From contig CM082598.2 of NCBI GenBank assembly GCA_040954595.2, positions 2,761,162 through 2,825,161 of the forward strand: a stretch of 64,000 nucleotides of DNA. Reading direction: 5' to 3'. Numbering within the stretch: position 1 is the first letter of the stretch; every line of letters begins with the position of its first letter. Source of the stretch: Balanoglossus misakiensis (lineage: Eukaryota; Animalia; Hemichordata). Positions 25,733 to 38,900 of the stretch are shown one piece after another. The notes under the pieces were generated by a model. The model did not search any database. It saw only the letters and a program-made list of their open reading frames with translations, and was not told the DNA's origin. The translations under genes were made by a program, and so were the position numbers.

Positions 25733-28700
25733 AAACAACCACCACAACCGTCGTCATCCTCGAAGTGTATAAAACCGTACAATATACGCCAAGTCTGAAC
25801 AATACAAATAATTGACAGCCAGCTAAAACGAATGAAGGTTGCTCTTTGGACAATCAGAATCCGCGATGCGGTGACACCTTGTAATTTACCCGGTACAAAA
25901 CCAGACAGATACCCGGATATCCACGTCCTGCTGCTATCGACCAAATCGAACCCATGATTTGAGTCAATCGACAAACAATCATTCACATCTCTGAGGTGTG
26001 ATGACTACAACCTTTCTGCGAATCTAAGTTTCTAGATTCTAGATTTGACTATTTACTTCAACGCGAATCAAACGAACCACAGTCAGATAGAAAGGGCTAG
26101 TACGCGTGTAAATCTCAACCGACCGTTAAACATATAAAAGAAGCGATATGGCCGCAACCACTCGCAAGCACGACGACGTTACCTGTTTAAACTATATATT
26201 AATTGATTAAAAAGTGTGACGTACCGGAGCGGGTTGCACGATTCAGCTCGTTTGTAGAACCACGGTACGTCGATGATAGCACGGACTTCGAGGCGGTCCC
26301 AGTCAGCGGTACACTGCGGCGACTTCTCCGGCAATGTTACATGTTGAGCCGAAGCGTTGAGGCGATACCCGTCGCCGTGGACATGGAACTCAAGCGAACA
26401 TCCTGTAAACGAGAAAAAGGGTAAACCCGCGGGTTAGTTGTGTTTACTCTCCCAGCCGGGTTTGTTATTTGTCAAACACTGAGTTTGTTTACACAGAACG
26501 AAACATAACTGTTTACAGTTACTTGGCATTGTTATGGTGGTAGATAGTGCTAGGTGCGAAAGGACAGGGGAAAAAAGCGAAGAACGGTGTAAGACTTTTA
26601 GCGTGCGTCACCAAGTGGCCACTTCGCTATAGTGTCTACGGCTTCGCAATTCAAACAATCGCAAATGCCCACGCTCGCGTTTACCTCGCACAAACACCAA
26701 GTGCAAACCCAACACTGCTGGTCAACGATAAAAGTCGATAACACAGGTAGGTTAGTTCAAGCTGTTCAATTTACTGAACTACGAGTAAAAACCGCACGTT
26801 TGTCTCACTAGCGCAGGAAAAAAATAATGCATAGAAGTTGCTGCAGTGGTCTATGAAAGTGGTCGTTATGAAACACATCATGTTAGCTGTACGGAGGGTG
26901 ACGTGTTATTGGCGCATAATTTTTAACACCAACGACTGAAAATTCAGGTAAAAACGAGGTAAATGTATATTGTAAGTGTGTGCGTTCATGTCACAGGTTG
27001 TAATAATTAGGTTACGGCATCCTTGCTCTGGTACCCGGCTTAATTGCCATGGTTTACGACGAGAATCTCAGTGCGCATTTATATACGAGCTAATCCGTAT
27101 GGACGCACATGACGTGTATTGACACTCGCCGGTTGCCAAGTTCGCACATGCAAGGGATGGGTCGAGAAGTTGACGAGAGGTCAGGAGCCTTGCATAGAAA
27201 CGAACCGTTAAAGGGCAGCAAGAGAGAGACTTTGTCCCTTTAATGTTGGTCAGCCAAGCAGCTGTCAAATCGATTTCGACCCGTGTTCCGCGGTGTAGTC
27301 ATTACCTGCCTATGTAATGTCAAAAGCATTGACCGCCACTTCAGACGAAAAATCATAAATATTTGATGACGTAGTCGCATAAATCTCGTTATAACACTTC
27401 AAGCATGTATATAAGTCAGGCAACACAATATTGTCGCCTGTAAATGACGATTTCTGCAGAGTGTTGTAAGAAATCAGAGATGTGTGCGAACCTATATACG
27501 GACTCCGAGATGAAAATGGCCGCCACCGCAGAACATATTAAGTTAGTACATGCGCGTAATCAAACTCAGGTTGTCTACGCCCAACATATATAAACATACT
27601 GTATATACTTCCCTGCCTGTCTCTTAAAACACACAATAATGAAGACAATACGACTTAACACAGAGACGTAAAATTGCTATAAATATTACATATCGCTATT
27701 CTTACTTAGTGTGTTTTCGATCATGCTGTATTAAATTTTAATAGGAGATTACAATGGCGTCTATTGTTGCTTGGCCGAGTATTCTGGAAAATTTCTGCAA
27801 CATGTGGACACAGTTCAAATTTGTTTCAGTGAAATTATTACATTATTAGAACATGCCAGGTGATTTTGCCTCAGGGAGTTTATTCACCCAGTAAAAAAAA
27901 CTCATTTATCGCGATAGCAATCAGACAAACGAGCTCGAAATCACCATTAGCGTATACTTGCGACATACAACAACTCACTATCATCAGTAACGGATCCCTT
28001 TTGATTTCAGAGAATAGTGGTACTCCATCAGAGTACACACAGCTGACCACGCCTTCCAAATTGTTTATTTTTCCTTCTCATACCTGCTTAAAATGTGACA
28101 CCTACCCTGGTGATAGCCACCCCTAGTTACGTAACCCTCTACTGTGATTGTCTCGTGTTTATCAGGGATCGCCGATGGTTTATCACGGGCAAGGCCGAAT
28201 CGCGACGGAATATGAGCTATTATACGGAGTATCACAGACAGATGGCCGTTCTCGTGGTGTTTTTCTTTTTACAAATTGGACGATAAGGGTTAATGGGGCA
28301 TTAAGATAGAGGCAAAATCTCACCAAGGCAGACGACAACCTCATCCGGGTTAATACACAATACGTGGAAATACTTAGGGCAATGTCCAATGAAGTCATTG
28401 CACTGGGGTTAGTGATCACATTGCAAGTGACTCATCACTTTGAAAATATTTATGCCAGCGTTGTTCTCTCGACAAAACAAAAAACAAAGTCAGTGTCGTC
28501 GGCAGAAGAAGCCATTTCCGTTATGATGTATAAACATACATATAGACTATCGCGATTTGTTTTACAAAAAGGACAACAATAGTAGCGTATGTTGCATTTT
28601 AGGGCTTCATCAACTAAGTGTATTTTGAATCATGGGAAAAAGCGCCCATAACTTTACTATTCTGTTACATAAAGCTACAGTGCATGTTATGGACGCTGCT

Positions 28701-28888
28701 GACATGGCTTGTGTACTTTCTTCGAATCAATGCAATGCTCATTCGTCAACCTGATTCTTCCCTTGGCGTGAAAAGCTTGTCACATTTTTTGCAGACGACA
28801 ATTTTTCGTGTCTCCATAGTGTAACATGTAACGATGTCATAGGTGTCGCTTCTACTCTCTATCTGGTTCAACAGGTCACGAGACACAG

Positions 28889-29334
28889 GCGTATCCATGG
28901 ATACGCTCGCGCAGGGTACTTAACCCTGCGAACAGAGTCGAAATACAGAAATGGCAACTGACAGAAAACGTTAAGTATGGCGCCACGTTTAATTTTCCGA
29001 GGGGATAGGTTTGAGTCGTTGCTATGGAAATGGTCTCACGCAACCGGGCACGCGAATGTTTGAAATTAAAGGGACTGCGGTTGGTTGGCCCTGGTTGTGA
29101 AGGGGTTAGTTCACAAGGTCACGCCCTAAGCGACACAGAATAAGTTTATGTCGTGCACAATTCATTTCGTCTCCGCTTAACGACTATCCAAGCGAGATTG
29201 TCAACAAAAAACAGGGGACAGGTAGTGATAAGTCCACACTGTATTCCGCTGTCCACATCAAACTCTGCTCCCTTTGAGTGACGCCGTGCAACAAATCCCA
29301 GATACTCAAGTTTGATTACAATCTCCATGGCAAC
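28889..29334 (+). promoter_or_regulatory. Cluster of RFX X-box-like sites upstream of the 627-aa gene
   Basis: GCGTATCCATGGATACGC (perfect 18-bp palindrome, 28889-28906), GTTGCTATGGAAAT (29018-29031) and ATCTCCATGGCAAC (29321-29334). Confidence 0.55.
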
Positions 29335-29505
29335 AGTACCTGGGGTTGAGTTTTCAACTACCTGTTGATAGTGTATGCCCTAATGTTTTCAATTGCCCTT
29401 TCTCGGTTTCTCTAAAAGAACTTTACTAATCGTTAGCATTTTTGTTTGTTTTATTCTTCATCTACAGGGGCCAATGATGCCATAATTCGACCTTGATGAA
29501 ATACT

Positions 29506-31389
29506 ATGGTTACAGAAATGTGCCCGGTGCAATCCTGGCCTGGTCAGAATGGCAAGGCTTTGCGCATGCCCAAGCTGCAGAGTGCGACTTTGAGCCCCAG
29601 GAGGGCGCACTTCAACGGCCTGGTGGATTCCGTGCGCCACATTTCACCGAAAAACAAAAGTGGTGTCAGTTTTCTGCCAGAACCTTCAGTAAAGAAGAAA
29701 ACGGCTTATGCCAGAAACGGGTTCTCGCCGAGTTCAAAGAGGGTTCGGTACGTCCATCAGGCAGCCTCGTTCCCGGCTGTCGCAAACGGGTCTTCAGCAA
29801 CTTCGTCGCAAACTTTTGCTTCCCACTTTCCTGCACGGAAGTCACGACCTAACACCATGGGGACATGCCCGAGCCTCTGTTCGCCTCGCAGCCTACCGTC
29901 GCAGCTGTCCTGGTACGACGCCCTCACTCGGGAAAGCACCAAGTTCTTGACGAGATCAAGCACGAGGAACTTCACGCGAGATCAAGGAGAGGCCAATAGG
30001 CAGCTCCACGTCGGACGACAAACGACGAGAATCAACCTGAAACGCGAACCAACTATTCTCAGACCCTCAACGCACGGATTCCATCCGCGCAGCCACTCCC
30101 CGACATACAAGAACCTCATCGATGTGAAAGACTACCTCGACGCCATGCTTGCGAAGGAAATCAAGGAATTCATCAAGACCACGGAAGGCACCCGGGCGCG
30201 GAACAATTCGGTCTACACCGAGGCACCCTCGACGGTAACATTTCAAACCGGGCCGGACGAGCGCAGGGCGTCGTCCTCTATGTTGAACGAATACTTCGAA
30301 CCAAACGTGCACGGAATCGACTCGGTTTCTGTCGGCGAGACAGACTCGCTGCACAGCGACCTCACCGAGTCCAGAGAGTCTATCGGACAATCGAGGCAGG
30401 GGGCGGGTCAAGCGCCCCCACGCCCGGCGGTAACTTTTCACTTTGACTTGACCTATCTGCGCGAACACCTGAACGACCGCCAACTCCTGAACTTGGACAT
30501 TGATGAGATTGAAAAGAACTATCGTTCAAAGCACAAACCGGAGAAGAAGAAACCGAAAAAGGCGAGGTGGAGAGCGCCTGTGGATCCTTCGCTTTTGGTC
30601 GTCTTCCCTCTGAAAAAGCGCCGAAGAAAACGAATCAAGAAAGCGTCAACGGACGAATCAGCGATCGCCGAGGAGGATGAAAGTCAGCTTTCCTCACCGG
30701 AAGCAGACGACATCATCGAGGAGTACACTGTCGACCTGACCAAGACGTATTCCGAGTCGGTGGCGGAGACCGAGTCTGAGTACGACTTCGAGGTGGAGTC
30801 ATCTACCCCCGGGAAGTCGACAGTCGACACGCCGACGCCGGCAAAGTCGATAGTAGAGGTGCCGGTAACCATTGACAACCTTGATGAAAAGATGGCGCAG
30901 ACGACAGAAACGTTGCAGTCGACATTCAAGAAGATTTCTGAGGCGGAGAAGAACGCGGCCGCCGAGATCCCCCTGGTGCGGACGGTAGAGGAAGAGGAAG
31001 AGCCCCCGGAACCCCAGCCGCTGACGGCCAAGGAGAAATACAAGAAAATGAAGGACAGGATGGAAAAGAGGCGACAACAGAGGGCGGTCAACAAGGAGTC
31101 CTATCTACAGTACTCCCTGCAACTGGAACAAATCAAACGAATGAACGACGAATTCGTGGACGACGACGGCGCAGAGGGAGGCAACATGCTCGCCTCCATG
31201 ACCTTCAAAAAGATCGACAACATCATGAAGTACAAAACGAAGAAGATCGGCCGGCTGGGGCTGGAGGTCCCGGAAAGCGACAGTGACGACAGCGAGGCTG
31301 GCGAGAAAGAATCAAAAGAAGATGGCGACGCTGATGATGACGTCACATGGGACGGAGAAGAATCCGAATCGTTGGACGACAATTTCTGA
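29506..31389 (+). CDS. Uncharacterised 627-aa disordered protein, single coding exon (basic Ser/Arg N-half, acidic C-half, short coiled coil)
   Basis: 1.9-kb GC-rich ORF in an AT-rich background with G/C-ending codon bias. A strong acceptor tttttgtttgttttattcttcatctacag ends at 29467, and AATAAA lies at ~31467. Confidence 0.85.
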   Translation: MVTEMCPVQSWPGQNGKALRMPKLQSATLSPRRAHFNGLVDSVRHISPKNKSGVSFLPEPSVKKKTAYARNGFSPSSKRVRYVHQAASFPAVANGSSATSSQTFASHFPARKSRPNTMGTCPSLCSPRSLPSQLSWYDALTRESTKFLTRSSTRNFTRDQGEANRQLHVGRQTTRINLKREPTILRPSTHGFHPRSHSPTYKNLIDVKDYLDAMLAKEIKEFIKTTEGTRARNNSVYTEAPSTVTFQTGPDERRASSSMLNEYFEPNVHGIDSVSVGETDSLHSDLTESRESIGQSRQGAGQAPPRPAVTFHFDLTYLREHLNDRQLLNLDIDEIEKNYRSKHKPEKKKPKKARWRAPVDPSLLVVFPLKKRRRKRIKKASTDESAIAEEDESQLSSPEADDIIEEYTVDLTKTYSESVAETESEYDFEVESSTPGKSTVDTPTPAKSIVEVPVTIDNLDEKMAQTTETLQSTFKKISEAEKNAAAEIPLVRTVEEEEEPPEPQPLTAKEKYKKMKDRMEKRRQQRAVNKESYLQYSLQLEQIKRMNDEFVDDDGAEGGNMLASMTFKKIDNIMKYKTKKIGRLGLEVPESDSDDSEAGEKESKEDGDADDDVTWDGEESESLDDNF

Positions 31390-34300
31390 CAGAAAACATT
31401 TACAAAATGACTTTAATTATTTACCAGTAAAAAGCGTACATGTTCATATCGCTTCAGCTATAAGTTAATAAATATTACGGTTAGATCTACCTCTGATATT
31501 TGTGACATACATAATTTTACCCTTTCACCCCCAATTCCATTTATAATGGTCCAATTTTACCATAGAAAACAGTGGAATTGGCCCAAACCATGGTGGTGAA
31601 TTCGGGCTTAAAAAATTGGTCCTCACATTGTAACCAAAGCTCATTCGACGCGAATCAATATTACAAATTCGAACAATCCAACAGTACTATAGGATTAGTG
31701 CTAAACGCCCTGGACTACAGTACAATTTTCTGTGCAGGTGTATCCGAAAACTACCACAGCTAGCTTTCTGTTGGTATAACACAAGCATGTATTAAAAGGC
31801 GTCCAATTTATGGGTGGTTAGCAAAGATTCGAAACCTTAAAACTTCCCTCGGAATAGAGTTTGGCTATTCCCCAGTCTGCAGACTATCAATTGTATTTAC
31901 TGCTATCATATACGGTGATAAAATTGACATAGAAAAATTGAAAAAAATTTCAGGATTGTGTATTAAACAACTTAACAATATTAAGTACACTGAGCTTAAC
32001 ATTTATTAACCTTATAGGTTTCCTCGTCACGGTAAAAAGACCTTCTTAGTGTTTTAATAATCATTACATTCTTTCAAATGTTTATTCCGTCCTACAATGA
32101 AGAGACCAAGCGTCACTTTATGACTGTGCAATTTACTTGGTGTTGACGTCACACGTTTCTGTTGTCAGGGTTTATTTTAGGGAGAACAATATTTCATCAT
32201 TTGAGATATGTATGTACTTTGTGATTTTCAATCCGCGGAATAAAGACATGATATAAGTTTTATATTATGCTCACTTGTGTCAGGACTACTATGATCGATT
32301 GGAATATAGGCTATAGAATGCTTGTTGGAGTACCTCTATGCAAACTCGAGCCAAATTGGCCAAAAGAACTTCGTTTGATTATTAGGAATCGCGCCACTAA
32401 CGTTGCATCATAATACTCCAGTTGTTTAATTTGAATGATTTAGATCAACCGTAAAATCCGACATCAACGTCTTGAAAATAATTTTCAGTGAACTCTTTAG
32501 AAAAGTAATTTACTGTACAGTCAAAATGTATTTTCAAATTCCAATCTTTGGAAACCCCTGATATGATTTAGCCCTCAATATCTAATAATGACTGTCGCCC
32601 ATAAGGCTATTTTCGGTGTAGTTTTGGACACGAGAACTCGATTGGACGATCACCGTGAGCGTTTGGATACTAGATTGACATTTACAGCCTGAAATAACAC
32701 ACTGGGTGTTAGAAAATCTGTTTGGTTGATCTGTGTATCGTTTTATTGGAAACTCTCAGAGGATATCTTCCCAGTGGCCTCGCCCACCCGGCGGGCACTT
32801 GAAGGAACAAAACACGCCACCACGAACTTAGAATCCGGACCATGCGGTTTTCGCGGCCTCGCGTCACCCCCACAACGCGCCGTCGCCCTAGCAACGCTCA
32901 CTGAGCGTTACGGCACGTGAATACCCTAGCAACGGCAGATAGCGTCACGGACAACAAGCGGTCTCACGTCACTGGCCGGGGACAAGTTGTAAGCAACTCC
33001 AGCTTGTAGGAAACCTCATTCAGGACAACAATGCAGCTGAGAAAACAAACGAAGCACTTCACAAAAGTACAGCCCAGCTTTCACCAAGCAAGCGAAGAAA
33101 ACGAACAAACCACTCGCACAAAACCAAGACAAAGCAAATACACGATTGATAGAAACAGCTTCCATATTAAGAAAAAAGAGCGCGGCCTAAACGTGTTAAT
33201 ACATATCGAAGTTAAAAGGGTACAACCACCCTTATCACAGTTAGGAATTTCCAAAGGTCTAGTGACAAATTAATTCAACGTCTAACCATGACAGATGCCT
33301 CGAAATAAACGCCGGCGTTCTGATTCTGCCTCTCAGGAGCGTTTACAATACAGTCAACGGCTTTACTCGAAAATACTTTAATTTTTCCTTCGAGGAATTG
33401 TTTTGACACAAGCCTGGACCAAATGTTGAATTCAACCCTAGGCCTTCTGTTACTGCCAATGGTTTTGGCCGGGATAACGTGTGATGGGGGAGGGACCTTC
33501 TTCGCAGGGTGGGTCAGTAGGGATTAAATCGGTCGTGAAGTTGCTCGGCCGATTTCCGCGGTGCTTTCGAATACAGCGCAGTTCGATGTTCCCTGCAAAT
33601 TTGCTCTTGATCGGCGGACAATACGAGATTGTCGTTGGACAGGGTTTTATGGGTTTTACAGGGGTTCTAATTTGTTGTGGCGTTAGGAAAGCGCTCTAAG
33701 AATGATTGTGTAAGGTCTTTGAAGCTGGATTAGTATAATGGGAACAGGTAACAACGATTGATTTGTTTAGTAAAGGCGTATGCGCACTCAATTTGCATTG
33801 TTTGACGCAGGCATTCGAGACAGGTCGGAGTTCGCCTTCTGTGCTTGGAGTCGATTTACCTCCGCTGTCACGGACTCGACCCGGGGGACTTGTGTACAAG
33901 TTTGTACGCTGTTTGTCTGTATACACGCAACATGTTCTGGTGTACGGTATTTTGAGGCCCCTAACAGCCGCTGAGAAATCCCCTCGCCGGCGATTAGATA
34001 ACCGCTCACTCGTAAAGCACACCGAAACCCCTACTCGGGACGTCATGTAAATACTATGTACTCGTAATGCAACACCGATAAAAAACACAACCGGGCGACA
34101 ACAGACAACACACGGAGGTCGTTGCCATCGGGTTACGCCAGTTACAAAGTTGACTGACACCGGGAACACTCGACGACAGTTGTGTATAATGCTTGAATGA
34201 AGTTTGCGTAGTCGAGAGAGATATTTGCCGAGTGGACAGACAGGGGTTGAAAGGACAGACACCGTGTTGCATGCCCCAGATATCTGCAGTGAGCATAGTC

Positions 34301-34569
34301 TGCGTGCTGTTGCTACCGAGAGACGTCAGTATTTCATAATTTTAACTACCTCGAGGACAAGCCAAAGGCAGGTTTATGTGATATTATACACGTCGAACAA
34401 AATATACGTTGTTTTTTAGTTTTACCAGGATTTTATTGACTTTCATTCGAATCTTGTTTGTAACTTTTCTGATGACAAGAACGACTGAGTGAGATTACCG
34501 TCTTATCCAGTAACGATTGTTCTGTGTGTATACTGTACTCATGGACCGGCCGAAGGCGTAAATACCAAA

Positions 34570-35958
34570 ATGGCGGACAACATGGAAACGGCAACGGCGA
34601 CCGTTGTCACCATGAATAAATCGCAGGCTCAGCCGGAGGAGGGTGCGACTGAACTGCCGTTGATTGTGCCCCACTCGGGCAACTGGAGACCGGATTCGTC
34701 GGTGACGAGGGAGAAAAAGAACCAGCTGAGGAAGGAATCGCTTCGCAAGACTCCGGCCGCGGCGCCGACTCGCCCAGTTGACGACAGCAAGTTGCCGCCG
34801 CCGTCGTCTACCCCAGCTCCCGTCGTCCCACCGTCAAGTATAACGACGTCGCACCCAAGTACGCCCGCACAGACCATCCAGAGTACCCCTCTCAACCCAG
34901 CGGGGCCCCGACCCATCGCTGTGTACCCGCAGCACCTGATGAAAGAGGTAAGGAAGGTCGCCCAAGGCAGCAGGACCCCGGTGGGCATCAACCGGCCGAA
35001 CGGCTTCGTCAGCCAGGGCGACCGACTGAAAGTGACGCTGAAAGACATCGAGGAAGGGAGGTCGAGGAACGGATTCGACGGTTCCTCGCATCGGTCGTAC
35101 AGCACGTACACCCTCCGCCCCAGACAGTTCAAAGTCACGGTCAGTGCCAATAACCTGAAGCTGGAGTCGAGGAAGGGGGCGAAGGAGGCCCAGCACGATG
35201 TCCTCCGGGTCCCGCAGAACTCCGCCGGCAGCGAGCGGATCAACTACCGCAACATCAACTTGAAGCGTTTCTACGACGCGCTGGACTACGCCCCGTCGCC
35301 GTCGGTCAGCTTCAGCTCGCCGACCCAGAGCCCCTTGCCTCGCTACACCCGACGCGCCACCAGGAAAGGCGTTCTCAAGACGGGGAAACTCTACCAGAGC
35401 AGACGAGAAATGCCCAAACCGCAAGCGACTCACCGAGTCGGGCACATACGCAACGCCTTGGAAACCATGACGGAGAAAGGCCCGGCTGTGAACATCGAGA
35501 GAGTCCTCGCTCTACGTCTCTACAACGACTTGGAGGAATTCAGGCGGACCAAAACTTTGCTGACGGTCGCTCCGTCGTTCAGCGTCCCGAGCAGCGGCCT
35601 GTTTAAAATCCAAGGCGACCCTACTCTAGGCGAGCTGGCTCTGGAGGAGGCCAAGAAGGACCTCACCGTCCCCATGAAGAGGTCCTCCACCAGTATGAGC
35701 AAGAAGAGCTCGCAATCAGAACCCATCTTCCCGGCTCTCAGCTCCATGAAGTTCGTCAGCCGCGGCAGGGGCCGGACCCCGGAGCCGGCCGAGCGCGACC
35801 TCGACCGAGAGATGCCCGAAGTACGCGGCCGTTCGCCGGACAGCGCCATCCGTGCCGTCAAGTCCAGTAACTCGTTGAAGCGGTCGCCCTTGCCGACCGA
35901 GTCCATGGACTCGCACAGGGGCAAGACGGTTATGTTCAACGAGGTTGGTGCCTCCTAG
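34570..35958 (+). CDS. Uncharacterised 462-aa basic Pro/Ser/Arg-rich protein, single coding exon, C-terminal KTVMF
   Basis: GC-rich ORF with ATG in good context (aaaATGG) at 34570 and a candidate acceptor tcttatccag at ~34510. Confidence 0.85.
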   Translation: MADNMETATATVVTMNKSQAQPEEGATELPLIVPHSGNWRPDSSVTREKKNQLRKESLRKTPAAAPTRPVDDSKLPPPSSTPAPVVPPSSITTSHPSTPAQTIQSTPLNPAGPRPIAVYPQHLMKEVRKVAQGSRTPVGINRPNGFVSQGDRLKVTLKDIEEGRSRNGFDGSSHRSYSTYTLRPRQFKVTVSANNLKLESRKGAKEAQHDVLRVPQNSAGSERINYRNINLKRFYDALDYAPSPSVSFSSPTQSPLPRYTRRATRKGVLKTGKLYQSRREMPKPQATHRVGHIRNALETMTEKGPAVNIERVLALRLYNDLEEFRRTKTLLTVAPSFSVPSSGLFKIQGDPTLGELALEEAKKDLTVPMKRSSTSMSKKSSQSEPIFPALSSMKFVSRGRGRTPEPAERDLDREMPEVRGRSPDSAIRAVKSSNSLKRSPLPTESMDSHRGKTVMFNEVGAS

Positions 35959-38900
35959 CTAGTCTAGCATTGAAAACTCCCTCTAACCAGTACTATGTAC
36001 GTTTTAAGCTTGACCCTTTTTACTAAAAATTTACAAGTATTTCAACAGGCATTCCATGGTTAGCATACCTGAGTATCACTCTATACATTCAACCTGCGTC
36101 ACTTCAAAAACTATTTGTGTCTTAGAAGGGTTTCAGTGGGCTTGCACACTTAGACCTACACTTGAAGTATTAAATGATCAATTTTGATCAGTTATCCTGA
36201 AATCTGTAAATTTCCAAATTAATTACTTTCTACGATCTTAATTTTGACACAGGGTGCAGAAAGAGTGGCGATTATCGAACTATGCTAAAACCATCACAAT
36301 TTCATAAAGCCTGGTTAATAGCAAACTGAATCCACATATCTGTTTAGTATTCCATTCTGATTTGCGTTAAATCTACGCGACGCCCACTGAAATGGTGTCT
36401 ATATCATGAAACTGACATGTGCTATGTTTCAATAATTGACCAATGGTTTGCATACAGATAAAGCTAATCTATACCGTTGATTGTGAAGTCATTCTTACGA
36501 AAATCGATTAGTCCATTTCACGTCGTCTCATATTATTGTTACGAAGGCCAGAGGAGTCGACCATTTTGTGTATAGGGGTGTACTATACGCAAGTTTCGAT
36601 AATGTTATAGGCTTTTACAGTAATCCTTGTTTTCTAAGATAATCTTATTTATGTCGCACTACTGAAAGGAATCAACTTCATAGAGCTCGTTATGGTAATA
36701 CGACTAGTAAAACACACTTTCACTAGTGACATCCCACTTAAAAAATAAGTGGGACTCTGCAAAAAGAATGTGGTTCCTTTGACAAGCCTTTTCGTGACAA
36801 ACATTAACGGTTTGGTACTTTAGAAGACGATCGATTTCATTTGAACTAAACCCTTCGTGACTTCCTCACAACATTGTTTACATTTTGACAGCGAAAGGTC
36901 ATTTTGTGAACGATGTGATATCTAAACAACGAGACTTTCTATCGATTGTCTAGTCTGGGTGGCCAACTTCAATTTGTACTTTTGTATAACGAGACTGTAA
37001 TCTTCCTAAACCCAATTTTGTATACTTGCCTGTCTCTGTATGTCTATCTACCTGTCTATCTGTTTGTCTGCCTCTCTCTCTCCCCTCTCTCACTATCTAT
37101 CTCTCCAAACAATATCGTAAAGTTGTAGGGCACGTGCAAGGAAATACAAGTGAAATTTTTGCAATGCTTTCAATTCATCATCCATGATTAGTTTTGATAA
37201 CACCAAATAAGCATAGTGTATTTTTTTGCATTTTTTGTGTACGACGTAGATCAATAATTCGTCTACAAGTTTTAAAACGATCGATCATATCTTTATACAG
37301 TCATTCATTTAGAAAACCCGAACCGACATAATTAACATGCTAAACATCGATATTCTTAATATTTAAACTGTATTAACACCTAAATATATCATTTGTTACC
37401 GTACGTAGTGTGTTTGAACAACGACGATTTTATACAGTTGCCAAATATTTTTAAATCTAAAATTTACAAGTATTTATATAAATTTAAGAATACATAGTTA
37501 AGCCAGAAAATCCGTGTTTTTTTTTACTGCGGACTGGTCCTTGTTTTAGAGCAGTCACGCTAATAATTGTTTTGACAACAGATGTTCTTGAGTTTTTGTA
37601 AGAGTCACCTCATTATTGACTCGATAAACCTCTCCGTCCAAATCCCAAAATGTCAAGTGATGACGTCACACAGCCCTGTCAAGATCCAGCCAATAGAATT
37701 TACGTTATGTCAAAAAATACAACTGATTTGAGTTTTAATTCCAAGAGCAGATTTTAATTGGCAATATTAAATTTAATTTTATGATTTTCCAGTCAAATTG
37801 TAATTTTAACACCAAGTTTCGATTTTCTGAAATCTACACAGATTGTATATTAGCGTTTTTGCAGTTGATTGTGGAGTAATTTGAGACCAGGTTTGATGCT
37901 CATGGATCGATTCACGACTTTTAACATTCCTGTTTCACAGATATTACACAAGCTCAGATTATTGAAATGTTGAAAAGCAAATAATGATAAAGTGTCTTAT
38001 TTCAGAAATCTTCAGCCTAGTGCCATAGCAGATCAAAATCCACTTCAGACTGGTATTAAATTTTGTCTGACGATGACGGTCATTTCCAGAGAAGTTATTT
38101 TAGTATCTGTCACCGTCATTTTTGTAATAATTATTCTCATCAACAAAGCTTCAACGATAAATACAGACACATGTGTCGAATCTTAACATGTACTTTTTTA
38201 ACTCAGTATTTTGTAAACTCAATGTCCTAATAATAAATGTTTACAGAAAAGCACATCGACAATACTGTATTTATTGCTGGGAAGCCCGAGTGGTGTCGTT
38301 TTATGTAAGAGGATTTGTTTTCGGATTTTGATATCGCTCACGTGAAAATTGAGTATTGAGGGACAGATAAGATTATCAAATTCTCTCGTGTAGCGCCTTT
38401 TCTGTTAATATCACCTAACAATAGTTTGGGTGACATTGAAACGTATTGGAACATATTTCTGCGTGAATTATTGAGAAAAACTGAGGAAGGGGGCTATAAA
38501 CCAACAACCTATCTTTCGTTAAACAATTGTTAGTTTTACGGAAGTCGTTTCATTTAATGACGCCAATAGACATTGTACCTCGTCGGGAAATCATCGACTT
38601 GCATTTTGCAGAAGTCGTCCAAGGATGTGAAAAATCTGTTTTTGAGTAACTGTGTTCAATTCCGAGTCATTGAAAGTGAAAAAAGATGGCGACATAGTTT
38701 GTGGTTCCATTCAACTCTGACTGCCTGTGAAGACTCTCTCAAGGACAGTTAAACACACACAATGCGCGATGGTCACCCAAACTGCGAGTCGTAAAAACAC
38801 AATGCAAATTTTACGGCTCAGTGTCAGCGGAACAAAGGCGATAAAAACATTGCCACAAATGGAAAATTGCCAGGGATGTAGTCATAAAAATTCGGATTTA

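Noticed and set aside
34629-35939. Long antisense and alternative-frame ORFs overlapping the orphan genes (also at 30067-31382, 42041-43021, 53777-54423)
   Set aside because: These are expected shadows of GC-rich coding sequence with few off-frame stops.
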